Virus record (IMG/VR): IMGVR_UViG_3300013212_000088
Coordinates: 160,001 to 224,000 of that record
Length of the DNA stretch: 64,000 nt
Strand: one strand, 5' to 3'
Origin: a virus
Lineage: Duplodnaviria; Caudoviricetes
A program made the translations under genes and the position numbers. Of the stretch, positions 35,857 through 45,108 are shown piece after piece. The notes beneath the pieces were generated by a model. It had not been told where the DNA came from and searched no databases. It saw only the letters and a list, made by a program, of their open reading frames with translations. Within the stretch, counting starts at the first letter, position 1. Every line of letters starts with the position of its first letter.

Positions 35857-36924
35857 TTACTCTTTAGAAGCAACCAAATCAATAATTCTCAAGATTCCTG
35901 TTTGAACTATTAAATCTTCAGAAACGTTTTGCCGTATATTCTTTACAATTAATAAAAAACCGTCCACCGTTTCTAGCATTATTGATGGTTTATGTTGCAT
36001 TAAAAACTCTATATCCTCTGCTCTGTCTTCTTGACTAACTTTGAGCAAACGATAAGAAATGCTTTCCATCAACAACCTGGCCATTTCATCTAAAATTGCA
36101 GTTAGATCTCTACCTTCTAAATGACATGACTCTAGAATCGAATAAGACTTTCCTCTATTCTTACTATATATATTTTTTAGTAATTCAACAGAAAGTTGCC
36201 TTGGACTTCTACCTAATATATTTCGAACATTCTCCTCACTAACACCTATTGTGCTAATCTGTTCTAAAATACTCAAAGCAGTTCTAACGCTACCATTAGA
36301 CTCTTTGACAATTAAATCTAAAGCTTTACTTTCTGAATCAATTAATTCTACTTTTACAATTTTTTCTAATATTTGTTTGCAGTTATTGACACTAAGCTTC
36401 TTTAATTGAAAGTGTTGGCATCTTGTTTTGATAGCTGGAAGAACTTTATTAGGGTCTGTAGTGCAAAAAAAGAAAATGATATGAGCAGGTGGCTCTTCGA
36501 CAATTTTTAAAAGAGAGTTCTGCGCCTGTGTTGAAAGCATATGGCATTCATCTAAAATAAAGATGCGATATTTACCATAAGCTGGCATTAATCTCATCTT
36601 TTCTGCAATGTTTTCTCTTACATTGTCAACACCATTATTAACTGCGCAATTAACTTCAATCAAATCTCTATGTTTATCAGCCAATATCATCTTTGAAGAA
36701 TTACTGTCAACATTAGGCTCAGAAGTTCCATCTTCTCTATTTTCGCATAGAAGAGACATTGCCATCAAACGTGCTAATGATGTCTTGCCTGTACCTGGAG
36801 GGCCTGAAAATAAGTAAGCATGTTGTACTTGATTCTTTTCAATTTGTGCTTTTAAAACTTGGACTGTAAAATCACCAGAAAAGTCAGAAAATTGCTTTGG
36901 CCGATATTTATTATAGAAACTCAT
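35857..36924 (-). CDS. dnaX: DNA polymerase III gamma/tau clamp loader ATPase
   Basis: YNKYRP, HAYLFSGPPGTGKT, ILDECHML, EEPP, KTRC. Confidence 0.92.
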   Translation of the reverse strand: MSFYNKYRPKQFSDFSGDFTVQVLKAQIEKNQVQHAYLFSGPPGTGKTSLARLMAMSLLCENREDGTSEPNVDSNSSKMILADKHRDLIEVNCAVNNGVDNVRENIAEKMRLMPAYGKYRIFILDECHMLSTQAQNSLLKIVEEPPAHIIFFFCTTDPNKVLPAIKTRCQHFQLKKLSVNNCKQILEKIVKVELIDSESKALDLIVKESNGSVRTALSILEQISTIGVSEENVRNILGRSPRQLSVELLKNIYSKNRGKSYSILESCHLEGRDLTAILDEMARLLMESISYRLLKVSQEDRAEDIEFLMQHKPSIMLETVDGFLLIVKNIRQNVSEDLIVQTGILRIIDLVASKE

Positions 36925-37412
36925 TAATTGTCCTCTGGGTCTGGTGGTAACGGAATGGCTAGTGGATCTTTACTATCCAACAATGAAGGCAGTATACTAT
37001 GATTCATGTAGTTTGCGCCATAATTGTTTTTGATAAAGTATTCTAAAATAAATGCATAATCCTGAACTTCAAATTGTCTTATTGAGCCATCGTTTTGTGG
37101 ACTAATTGAATACAAAGCAGCAAATAAAGCCCATTCTTTATGAGCCTTTGTTAGTTCAGCCCATTTTTCTTCATAAACCCCTAAACAATAAATCTTCTTG
37201 TCTTGAATATCTCCCAGTAGTAAATCTCTAACCCATTTTTGAGCAAGACCATTAACAACAATTGGCTTTGCTTTTCTGGGAGTATGACCAACCATTTCAG
37301 CAAAATATATCTGTTCTAAATCTACGTAACCAATATATACGTAGTATCTATCCTTAAGCTTTTCAGCAATTGATTTAATTTCTGGAGCTTCTAAAAACAC
37401 AACATTATTCAT
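36924..37412 (-). CDS. Putative phage metallopeptidase-family protein lacking HExxH
   Basis: FLEAPEI...IYF...W; ALFAALYSI sits where HELxH is expected. Start at ATG 37412 with a GAGG SD. Confidence 0.55.
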   Translation of the reverse strand: MNNVVFLEAPEIKSIAEKLKDRYYVYIGYVDLEQIYFAEMVGHTPRKAKPIVVNGLAQKWVRDLLLGDIQDKKIYCLGVYEEKWAELTKAHKEWALFAALYSISPQNDGSIRQFEVQDYAFILEYFIKNNYGANYMNHSILPSLLDSKDPLAIPLPPDPEDN

Positions 37413-37446
37413 AGCTTTACCCTCTCTTGTAAAGTATAATAGTTTC

Positions 37447-38037
37447 ATGAAAAACTTTTTAGCAATAGATCTAGAGCTAAATAATAATGAAGAAAATAAT
37501 CTTACTGAAAGAAAAATCATTCAAGTAGGAGTAGCAATTGGTAATGTACATCAAAAGCAATCTGAATACTATCTTGCTAAATGGTATATAGACCCACATG
37601 AACCAATTTATCCATTCATTACTAATTTAACTGGAATTACCGATGAAGACATTTTAACTTTAGCTGTATCTCATCAACAAGTGGCAAATGAAATTTCCTA
37701 TTTGATAGATGAATATAGTTGCTACGTCAATCCTGTAACTTGGGGTGGCGGAGATGTTGAAGAACTTAAAAAAGAGTTTAGCTACAGACATGTTGAGTTC
37801 AAGAAGTTTGGCAGAAGAGAAATTGATGTCAAAACATTGAATACATTTCTAATGCTTGCTCAAAATAAATCTACTACATCTAGCTTAAAATCAGCTATGG
37901 GCAGATTCAAAATGCAATTCCAAGGCACTCCACATAGAGCTGACGTTGATGCTTCTAATACATTAGCTTTGTTTTTTGGACTCTTAAGAAGGCAAAGTAA
38001 ATTAGAAGAGTTTGTTGAAAATGTAAGGCTAGTATAG
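37447..38037 (+). CDS. DEDDh 3'-5' exonuclease (ERI-1/KapD-like)
   Basis: AIDLE, LTGI, TWGGGD, IDV, HRADVDA. It is the only plus-strand gene after 5 kb. Confidence 0.85.
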   Translation: MKNFLAIDLELNNNEENNLTERKIIQVGVAIGNVHQKQSEYYLAKWYIDPHEPIYPFITNLTGITDEDILTLAVSHQQVANEISYLIDEYSCYVNPVTWGGGDVEELKKEFSYRHVEFKKFGRREIDVKTLNTFLMLAQNKSTTSSLKSAMGRFKMQFQGTPHRADVDASNTLALFFGLLRRQSKLEEFVENVRLV

Positions 38038-38039
38038 AA

Positions 38040-38065
38040 AAAACCCATCGATTTCGATGGGTTTT
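38040..38065. terminator. Bidirectional terminator between convergent genes
   Basis: AAAACCCATCG-ATTT-CGATGGGTTTT. Confidence 0.85.
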
Positions 38066-38070
38066 AACTT

Positions 38071-38403
38071 TTATAAAGTGAGCTGTGTTACGGCAGCTAC
38101 ATGTCCACTTTGATCTCTAATTGCAGAAGGGCCTGTATCTACACAAAATACATCTTCACGATCAAATGGAACAAAATCCATTACCACTCTGCTTACAATG
38201 TAATAAACACCGTCTTCAGGATCTGGAAGGTTTGCAATTTTTTCAAAGTAAGTTTCTGCAATTGGAATACCTGCAACCTTACCTATGATTCTTTGCTTTG
38301 TTTCAACACGGCAAGGAAGTTCAGACCTGAATAAAGTTCCATAGCCTGAAATTGTAATGTCGTGTCCAATTAAGTTGACAAACTTTTTAAATTCTGGATA
38401 CAT
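38071..38403 (-). CDS. Conserved small protein (NLxxH...YIVS...RD.xG family); candidate Crn4-like ring nuclease
   Basis: FVNLIGHDITI, NLPDPEDGVYYIVSRVV, AIRDQSG. Confidence 0.5.
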   Translation of the reverse strand: MYPEFKKFVNLIGHDITISGYGTLFRSELPCRVETKQRIIGKVAGIPIAETYFEKIANLPDPEDGVYYIVSRVVMDFVPFDREDVFCVDTGPSAIRDQSGHVAAVTQLTL

Positions 38404-38879
38404 TACTTTCCTGTGCTACCAAGTCCACCCTTGCGAGTTTTGTTAGCAGTTTGTCCAAACTCACTTACTTCTACTAGTTCATGAGCGGCTAACTTTGCTA
38501 CGACCATTTGTGCAATTCGATCACCATCATTAATTGTGAAAGGAATCTTGTTATGGTTGAAAAGGATAACCTTAAGTTCGAAATCCTCTCCATCACCAGA
38601 ATAATCACAATCAATAGTTCCAGGTGTATTTAAAACAGTTACACCATGTTTTGCAGCTAGCCCAGAACGTGGACGAATTTGAATTTCATATCCTTCAGGA
38701 ATATTTACATTCAATCCAGTTGGAACAATTAAGCTATTATGAGGGTGAATCATCATCCCGCTTTTAAAATCTGGAATACAAGCACACAAATCATAACCTG
38801 CTGCTCCTTCAGTTGCCTTCTTAGGGATTACAGCCCCTTCACGAAATGCTTTAATCTCAACCTTTGCGACAATATCCAT
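38403..38879 (-). CDS. dut: dUTPase (trimeric)
   Basis: AAGYDL, RPRSGLA, GTIDCDY, GDRIAQ, RKGGLGSTG. Confidence 0.95.
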   Translation of the reverse strand: MDIVAKVEIKAFREGAVIPKKATEGAAGYDLCACIPDFKSGMMIHPHNSLIVPTGLNVNIPEGYEIQIRPRSGLAAKHGVTVLNTPGTIDCDYSGDGEDFELKVILFNHNKIPFTINDGDRIAQMVVAKLAAHELVEVSEFGQTANKTRKGGLGSTGK

Positions 38880-39205
38880 TAGATAGATTCCTTCATAATT
38901 TGTTCTGGAGATACTTCAGCTTGATTCAAATCAACAATTAATTTAATTGGATCAACTCTAGCTCTCAAGTTAGTAGCAAAATTATATAACTCTCTTCCTT
39001 GAAGAATTCTTGACATTCCAGTAATTTCTTTTATGTCTTCTAAACTTAAAGGAGATTGAAATATAGCTTGTGTTTCAACATCTTGCAATACTAGCCAAAG
39101 AGTTTTCTTAACCACAGGAACTTCTTCAGTCCCTTCGTCTTCTTTAACAACTGCATCGATAATTTTTACCATTCTCTCTTGCAGATTTTGATTTTCTTTA
39201 GCCAT
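38879..39205 (-). CDS. Hypothetical protein
   Basis: GGAG SD and its own promoter. Confidence 0.65.
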   Translation of the reverse strand: MAKENQNLQERMVKIIDAVVKEDEGTEEVPVVKKTLWLVLQDVETQAIFQSPLSLEDIKEITGMSRILQGRELYNFATNLRARVDPIKLIVDLNQAEVSPEQIMKESI

Positions 39206-39220
39206 TTATTTCTCCAATTA

Positions 39221-39249
39221 ATTATGCCACAAAACAACCTACTTGTAAA
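39221..39249 (-). promoter_or_regulatory. Housekeeping sigma70/sigmaA-type promoter
   Basis: TTTACA-N17-CATAAT with TG extended -10. Confidence 0.65.
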
Positions 39250-39257
39250 GAAAAAAT

Positions 39258-39273
39258 AGAGGATTTCTCCTCT
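39258..39273 (-). terminator. Short terminator after nrdA
   Basis: AGAGGA-GAAA-TCCTCT followed by ATTTTTT on the minus strand. Confidence 0.6.
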
Positions 39274-39281
39274 CTTTTTAT

Positions 39282-41738
39282 TTAACTACCACATGCTTCA
39301 CAGTCCGGATTATCCAACGAGCATACTGCAGAATTAAAATCATCGGGATTAAAATCTGGATTTATTTCAGGCTTGGGTGTCTCTAAAACTGGAACTTTAT
39401 CTAGTGACTGTATTCCAGAAGTATCAATTCCAAGACCCTTAATTGCAGATGCCTTTGGCTTTGTTCGAAGATAATACATACCTGTCTTCAAGCCTAACTT
39501 CCACCCATAGAAGTGTGCAGAAGATAATTTAGACATGGTGGGTTCAGCCATAAACATGTTCAAGGATTGGGACTGATCGATAAAGTAATTACGATCACGA
39601 GCCATTTCAAGAATAGTTTTGCCCTTCATTTCCCATACTGTCTTATAAACTTCACGAATCTCTGATGGGATTTCTTCAATTTCTTGAACAGAACCATTGT
39701 TAATAAATAATTTCATTCTGATATTGTCAGTCCAAAGACCATTGTTGACTAAATCTTCCACTAAATGTTTATTTACAATTGCATACTCACCTGAAAGAGT
39801 ATTTCTCTTATATAGGTTTGAAGTAAAAGGCTCAAAACACTCGTTATTACCAAGGATTTGTGCAGTAGAAGCTGTAGGCATAGGTGCAACAAGTAAAGAG
39901 TTTCTCAATCCAAATTGCTTGATTTCTTCCTTTAAAGCTAAAAAATCCCACATGCCAGATAAATTATTTGCAGTAATTCCCCATAAGTCATATTGTAATA
40001 AACCTTGAGATGCTGGAGATCCTTGGAATGAAGAATATGAACCCTCTTTAGCAGCCAAATCCTTTGATGCAGTAAGAGCAGCAAAATAAATTGTTTCAAA
40101 AATATCTTGGTTAAGCTTTCGTGCTTCATCAGATTCAAAAGCAATTCCCAACATAGCAAACGTATCTGCTAACCCTTGAACTCCCAAGCCAATAGGTCGA
40201 TGCTTAAAGTTTGAATTTTGAGTTTCTTCTGTTGGATAGAAGTTTACATCAATAACTTGATTTAAATTTACTGTTGCTTGATAAACAACTTCATACAAGA
40301 ATTTGAAATCATATCTACGTAATTTCTTATCCTTCTCACGAACTTTGCCAGATGGAATAATTACGTATTTGGGCAAAGCAATAGAAGCAAGATTACATAC
40401 AGCAGTTTCGTTTTTGTTGCTTACTTGCAAGATTTCTGTACATAAATTACTGCTATAAATCGTGCCAAGATTCTTCTGATTACTCTTATAATTACATGCA
40501 TCCTTGTAAAGCATATAAGGTGTACCAGTTTCAATTTGGGATGTAAGAACCTTTTCCCACAACTCACGAGCCTTAACAGTCTTTAACCCCTTACCTTCTG
40601 ATTCATACTTCTCATAGAGCTCGGTAAAAGCTTTATTTTCAGGTGTATCGTAAGCATCAATAAGGCCAGGAACAGTGTCAGGAGAGAAAAGCGTCCAAAC
40701 TCCATCTTCTTCAACTCGCTTCATAAACAAATCGGGAATCCAAAGAGCCAAGAATAAATCCCTTGCTCTCATTTCTTCCTTACCATGATTCTTACGAAGG
40801 TCTATGAAATCAAAGACATCTCCATGCCAAGGCTCAAGATAAACAGCAATTGAACCTTTGCGCTTTCCACCACCCTGATCTACATATCTTGCAGTCTCAT
40901 TAAAGACACGTAACATAGGAACAATACCATTTGACCAGCCATTAGTTCCCTTGATATATGCACCCTTGGCACGAATTTTATGAATATTTATTCCAATACC
41001 ACCCGCTGACTGTGAAATCTTAGCACAATCAGAAAGAGTCTTGTAAATACCTGGAATCGAGTCATCATCAATATCTAATAAGAAACAAGAAGACATTTGT
41101 GGTCTTTTTGTACCTGAATTAAACAAAGTTGGGGTTGCATGAGTGAAAAGGCCTTGAGAAAGCAAATCATATGTCTTTTGAACCATTTCTAGATTGTCAC
41201 GCCATATACCAACAGATACTCTCATATACATTTGCTGAGGAGTTTCTGCAGGCTTTCCATGGCGTTGTAGAAGATAAGATTTTTCAAGAGTCTTATATCC
41301 AAAGTAATCGAAATTAAAATCACGATCATGGACAATCATTGCATTGAGTGCTGTGGCATTCTTTTCAATAATTTCATAGACTTCATCAGAAATCAATCCA
41401 GCTGGTTCGTTATTAACTGGGTTGATGTATTCATAAAGTTCTTTTGCAACTGTTGAAAACTCTTTTGCAACATCTTTGTAAAGGGATGTAATCGTAATTC
41501 TAGCAGCCAACTTACCATAATCAGGGTGAGTTGTGATCATTGATGCTGCTGTCTCAGCACTGAGTTTATCAAGTTCACTGCTTGTTACACCATCATAAAG
41601 ACCAGATATAACCTTTTGAGCAACCTGGAAATAATCTACATAATCTTCGTTTAATCCGTATGTTTGCTTACGGATTCTAGAAGAAATCTTGTCAAACTTT
41701 ACTTGTTCAACTGTCCCGTCTCTTTTTACAACATTCAT
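39282..41738 (-). CDS. nrdA: Ribonucleotide reductase class Ia alpha subunit with ATP cone
   Basis: VVKRDG ATP cone, [31 protein letters not shown]-terminal CxxxxxxCxxC. Confidence 0.97.
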   Translation of the reverse strand: MNVVKRDGTVEQVKFDKISSRIRKQTYGLNEDYVDYFQVAQKVISGLYDGVTSSELDKLSAETAASMITTHPDYGKLAARITITSLYKDVAKEFSTVAKELYEYINPVNNEPAGLISDEVYEIIEKNATALNAMIVHDRDFNFDYFGYKTLEKSYLLQRHGKPAETPQQMYMRVSVGIWRDNLEMVQKTYDLLSQGLFTHATPTLFNSGTKRPQMSSCFLLDIDDDSIPGIYKTLSDCAKISQSAGGIGINIHKIRAKGAYIKGTNGWSNGIVPMLRVFNETARYVDQGGGKRKGSIAVYLEPWHGDVFDFIDLRKNHGKEEMRARDLFLALWIPDLFMKRVEEDGVWTLFSPDTVPGLIDAYDTPENKAFTELYEKYESEGKGLKTVKARELWEKVLTSQIETGTPYMLYKDACNYKSNQKNLGTIYSSNLCTEILQVSNKNETAVCNLASIALPKYVIIPSGKVREKDKKLRRYDFKFLYEVVYQATVNLNQVIDVNFYPTEETQNSNFKHRPIGLGVQGLADTFAMLGIAFESDEARKLNQDIFETIYFAALTASKDLAAKEGSYSSFQGSPASQGLLQYDLWGITANNLSGMWDFLALKEEIKQFGLRNSLLVAPMPTASTAQILGNNECFEPFTSNLYKRNTLSGEYAIVNKHLVEDLVNNGLWTDNIRMKLFINNGSVQEIEEIPSEIREVYKTVWEMKGKTILEMARDRNYFIDQSQSLNMFMAEPTMSKLSSAHFYGWKLGLKTGMYYLRTKPKASAIKGLGIDTSGIQSLDKVPVLETPKPEINPDFNPDDFNSAVCSLDNPDCEACGS

Positions 41739-41749
41739 ATTTGCTTACC

Positions 41750-42712
41750 TTAAAAATCTTCTTCAGTGGAGAATTGAATTGTGTCTGGCTTTGTGCCTAC
41801 ACCTTGCTTTGAATATTCACCAACACGCTTCTCAAAGAAGTTTGTTTTGTTTTCCATTGCAATATTCTTCATGAAATCAAATGGGTTTTCAGAATTATAG
41901 ATTTTTCCTACGCCCAAGTCAATCAAAAGACGGTCAGAAACATACTCTAAATATTGCTTCATCAAATCAGAATTCATTCCAATTAAAGATACAGGCAAAG
42001 CTTCAGTAATAAATTCTTTTTCAATTGTAAGAGCAGAATCAATAATTTCAATCAAACGTTCACGAGAAAGCTTGTTCTCAATGTGATGATTATAAAGATG
42101 AACTGCAAAATCTGTATGCAATCCCTCATCACGAGAAATTAACTCATTTGAGAAGGATAAACCTGGCATTAAACCACGCTTCTTTAACCAGAAAATTGAA
42201 CAGAAAGATCCAGAGAAGAAAATTCCCTCAACAGCAGCAAAAGCAATTAGACGCTCAACAAATGATTCAGAGCTGATCCACTTAAGAGCCCATTCAGCCT
42301 TCTTTTGAACTGCAGGAACAGTATCAATAGCGTTAAATAAATAGTCTTGCTCTGCTTTGTCTTTGATGTATGTATCAATAAGCAAAGAATAAGTTTCTGA
42401 ATGGATATTCTCCATCATAATTTGGAAGCCATAGAAAAACTTTGCTTCTGTATATTGAACTTCAGAGACAAAGTTTTCTGCAAGGTTTTCATTTACAATT
42501 CCATCAGATGCAGCAAAGAATGCTAGTACATGCTTTACGAAGTGTTGTTCTCCTGCATTAAGCTTCTCCCAGTCTGCCAAATCTGAAGATAAATCAATTT
42601 CTTCAGCAGTCCAAAATGATGCTTGGGACTTCTTATAAAACTCCCAGATATCATGGTACTGAAGTGGAAACAAAACAAACCTATTCTTATTCTCTTCTAA
42701 AATCTTTTCCAT
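41750..42712 (-). CDS. nrdB: Ribonucleotide reductase class Ia beta subunit
   Basis: [40 protein letters not shown]. Confidence 0.97.
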   Translation of the reverse strand: MEKILEENKNRFVLFPLQYHDIWEFYKKSQASFWTAEEIDLSSDLADWEKLNAGEQHFVKHVLAFFAASDGIVNENLAENFVSEVQYTEAKFFYGFQIMMENIHSETYSLLIDTYIKDKAEQDYLFNAIDTVPAVQKKAEWALKWISSESFVERLIAFAAVEGIFFSGSFCSIFWLKKRGLMPGLSFSNELISRDEGLHTDFAVHLYNHHIENKLSRERLIEIIDSALTIEKEFITEALPVSLIGMNSDLMKQYLEYVSDRLLIDLGVGKIYNSENPFDFMKNIAMENKTNFFEKRVGEYSKQGVGTKPDTIQFSTEEDF

Positions 42713-42727
42713 TTTTGTCTTACTCTC

Positions 42728-43153
42728 TTAATTAAATAGTTCTTCGTGATCTAAGTCTCTTAATAATTTGATAATAGCTTTTACTTCTTTTCCGCTCATT
42801 CCATTATCAGAAAAATAGTTTTTAATTGCTTCATAAATCTCGTGATAATCCCTTTCGGTTTCTTCACTTATCATGTATGTAGCTTTCTTAACGGCACAAC
42901 TGAGTATGGCGTTTGCTTGATCATTATCTGTGCTAAATATATCATGATTATGATAATTGTCACGCACGAAAACACGAGAATTCACCAGTGATGAATCTCT
43001 GATCAACGTTGTCCATGGAGTACCAGCAGCATATTTTTTATTCTGGCTTTCATTGCTGTCAACCTTAAAAAAATCACTTGTAGAAATATCATCTGTGGTA
43101 AAATAATCTTCTAAAAATTGCCTTTTCTTTTTATTCCAATCAGAGCTTTGCAT
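42728..43153 (-). CDS. Hypothetical protein
   Basis: ORF; start likely the ATG at 43153 to minimise overlap. Confidence 0.55.
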   Translation of the reverse strand: MQSSDWNKKKRQFLEDYFTTDDISTSDFFKVDSNESQNKKYAAGTPWTTLIRDSSLVNSRVFVRDNYHNHDIFSTDNDQANAILSCAVKKATYMISEETERDYHEIYEAIKNYFSDNGMSGKEVKAIIKLLRDLDHEELFN

Positions 43154-43607
43154 ACTTATAATTAATACTTTCTTTGTCGTTTGAGAGAGTAAGTTTATTA
43201 CTTCCATCATCACAAGTAATTGACCACCAGACGTTATAATACCCTAAAATATCCAACACCTTTTGGCAATGAGGACATGGTTTTGCTAATCTAAACTCAC
43301 CATTTCTGTTAATTCTTACGCTAATAATTTCAATATCTGCTTGCGGGTATTTATCTTTAATCTGATATATAGCATCACACTCAGCATGAATATATGGGTA
43401 TTCTTTCCATTTTGCTATATTTAAAGATCTTCCAATTTGTAATGCTGTTCTAGATCCATCAGAAATATTATTTTTACCAATTGCAACAACTTTAGATTTT
43501 TTAATTGCAAACGCATAATGAAAAGAAGCCCTAGATTTATCCTGTTTCCATTCCTGGGACATTAATCTAAGGGCTCTTTTTACTGCTAATTCTTCCATAT
43601 TATTCAT
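43140..43607 (-). CDS. Cytidine/dCMP deaminase-family Zn protein
   Basis: IHAECDA and KPCPHC zinc motifs. Confidence 0.85.
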   Translation of the reverse strand: MNNMEELAVKRALRLMSQEWKQDKSRASFHYAFAIKKSKVVAIGKNNISDGSRTALQIGRSLNIAKWKEYPYIHAECDAIYQIKDKYPQADIEIISVRINRNGEFRLAKPCPHCQKVLDILGYYNVWWSITCDDGSNKLTLSNDKESINYKYAKL

Positions 43608-43652
43608 TTGTAATTTAAGTTAACTTAAATTACAGAGTCGTTCTATGTTTGA

Positions 43653-44027
43653 TTATAGCGCAAATTTGATGTTGATTGCAAATATTCTTGTGGAAATCCC
43701 TTTTGCTTTCTTACCACCAATTTCAGCAGTGTATTCTGATTGACGGCAAACTAAAACAGAACCATTTGTCAGACTTTCAACTTCTCTTGAAGCTAATCTA
43801 AATGCACTCATTACAGCGTTTAAGGCTGTTGGGCCTACTGACAAAACTCTTACATATTCATTTTCTTTAAGAACATGCAAGATACTTCGAGAAAGGCCTA
43901 CTGGATCTGTAGGACGCTTGTGAGGATCAGGATCGTTTGAATCTCCTCCCCTTGCACGTAAAGTTCTAACATCATTGAAACCTACTTTCTTTACTTCTGC
44001 GTCTTCAACTTTTGAAAAATCTTCCAT
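43653..44027 (-). CDS. spoVS: SpoVS-family (Alba-fold) protein
   Basis: DPVGLSRSILHVLKE, VLSVGPTALNAVMSAFRLA, VLVC pattern matches SpoVS (P.SVAGAI...IQAIGAGALNQAVKAIAIA). Confidence 0.7.
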   Translation of the reverse strand: MEDFSKVEDAEVKKVGFNDVRTLRARGGDSNDPDPHKRPTDPVGLSRSILHVLKENEYVRVLSVGPTALNAVMSAFRLASREVESLTNGSVLVCRQSEYTAEIGGKKAKGISTRIFAINIKFAL

Positions 44028-44041
44028 TTTAATTCCTTTGA

Positions 44042-45049
44042 TTATTCCAATCCAGCAAGTGACATTTTATCTTTTAAACCATCAATTGCATCATTAAACT
44101 CTTCGATAGAACAATTATACAAAGCTGCATCAAATTTTAATGTTGTAGACCCATTTAATATGTTTGAAAGAATTTTATTTTCAATTTCATTAAGATCCAT
44201 GGACATAAGATTATTTAAATTATTTCTTTCTTGAACTTTATCATAATAACAGCCTTCGTCCCCATCTTCGTCTTCACCAGTGTAAATACTTAAAGCTCTT
44301 GGAGATACTGTTTGGTACCCTGGATAAGTTTCATTGAATCTTTGAAATAGAAGTGTTGAGTGCTTAGACAACATATGCTTTCTAATTGCATTATTAATCC
44401 CTACACGTTTACATTCAGCGCAATCTCCCGCACCGAAACATATCTCTTCTGGGTTAATTAAACAATTATATTGTCTGGGTAGTTTATGAGATTTGCATAG
44501 TGGACAATTAGTAAGAGTTTCAATATTATGTCCATTTATTTTTAATTGAGTCCATAATAAATCAATATGGCTTCCTCTTAAATGTGTTGATAAAGGATTG
44601 ACCCATTTTTCGCATATAGGGCATTTGCATGATGGGTTACGTTTTCCAGCATTGTCAGCTTTAACTAAATTAATATAATTGTGCTGCAGTGCTCCAATAA
44701 AATAATTCTTAAACTCACCTGTGCCATCATATCTAGATATTTTTCTGGCATTTCTTGGCTTCCATGCTGATAAAACATTACAAAATATTCTTATATAATC
44801 TTGTTGAAAATCTTCCAATGCATCATATAAATAATGGTATTGGGTGTACCATTCTTGCAAGTGCATCATTGGCGGGTACAGCTTTATAACTTTTTTGTAA
44901 GCATTATCTATAATTCTTACATGACCGCTTGCTAAAGCTTTCTGATAATTAAGAATAGCAAATTCTAGCTTTTCTTGATGACCTGTGTAACTCTTAACAT
45001 TCTTGTTTGGTTGAACTTCAGTTTCTTGCATAATAGACCTATAAGCCAC
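44042..45049 (-). CDS. Divergent sigma-70-like factor with inserted zinc fingers
   Basis: Region 2-like EDFQQDYIRIF...WKP...FKNYFIGALQHNYINL; CPICE...THLRGSH; further CxxC pairs ending HMLSKH; region 4-like LNEIENKIL... Confidence 0.55.
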   Translation of the reverse strand: MAYRSIMQETEVQPNKNVKSYTGHQEKLEFAILNYQKALASGHVRIIDNAYKKVIKLYPPMMHLQEWYTQYHYLYDALEDFQQDYIRIFCNVLSAWKPRNARKISRYDGTGEFKNYFIGALQHNYINLVKADNAGKRNPSCKCPICEKWVNPLSTHLRGSHIDLLWTQLKINGHNIETLTNCPLCKSHKLPRQYNCLINPEEICFGAGDCAECKRVGINNAIRKHMLSKHSTLLFQRFNETYPGYQTVSPRALSIYTGEDEDGDEGCYYDKVQERNNLNNLMSMDLNEIENKILSNILNGSTTLKFDAALYNCSIEEFNDAIDGLKDKMSLAGLE

Positions 45050-45108
45050 ATTAAATAAACTTAATGTGACTATATTATAGTTTGCAACAATTAGAATGTA
45101 AATATAGT

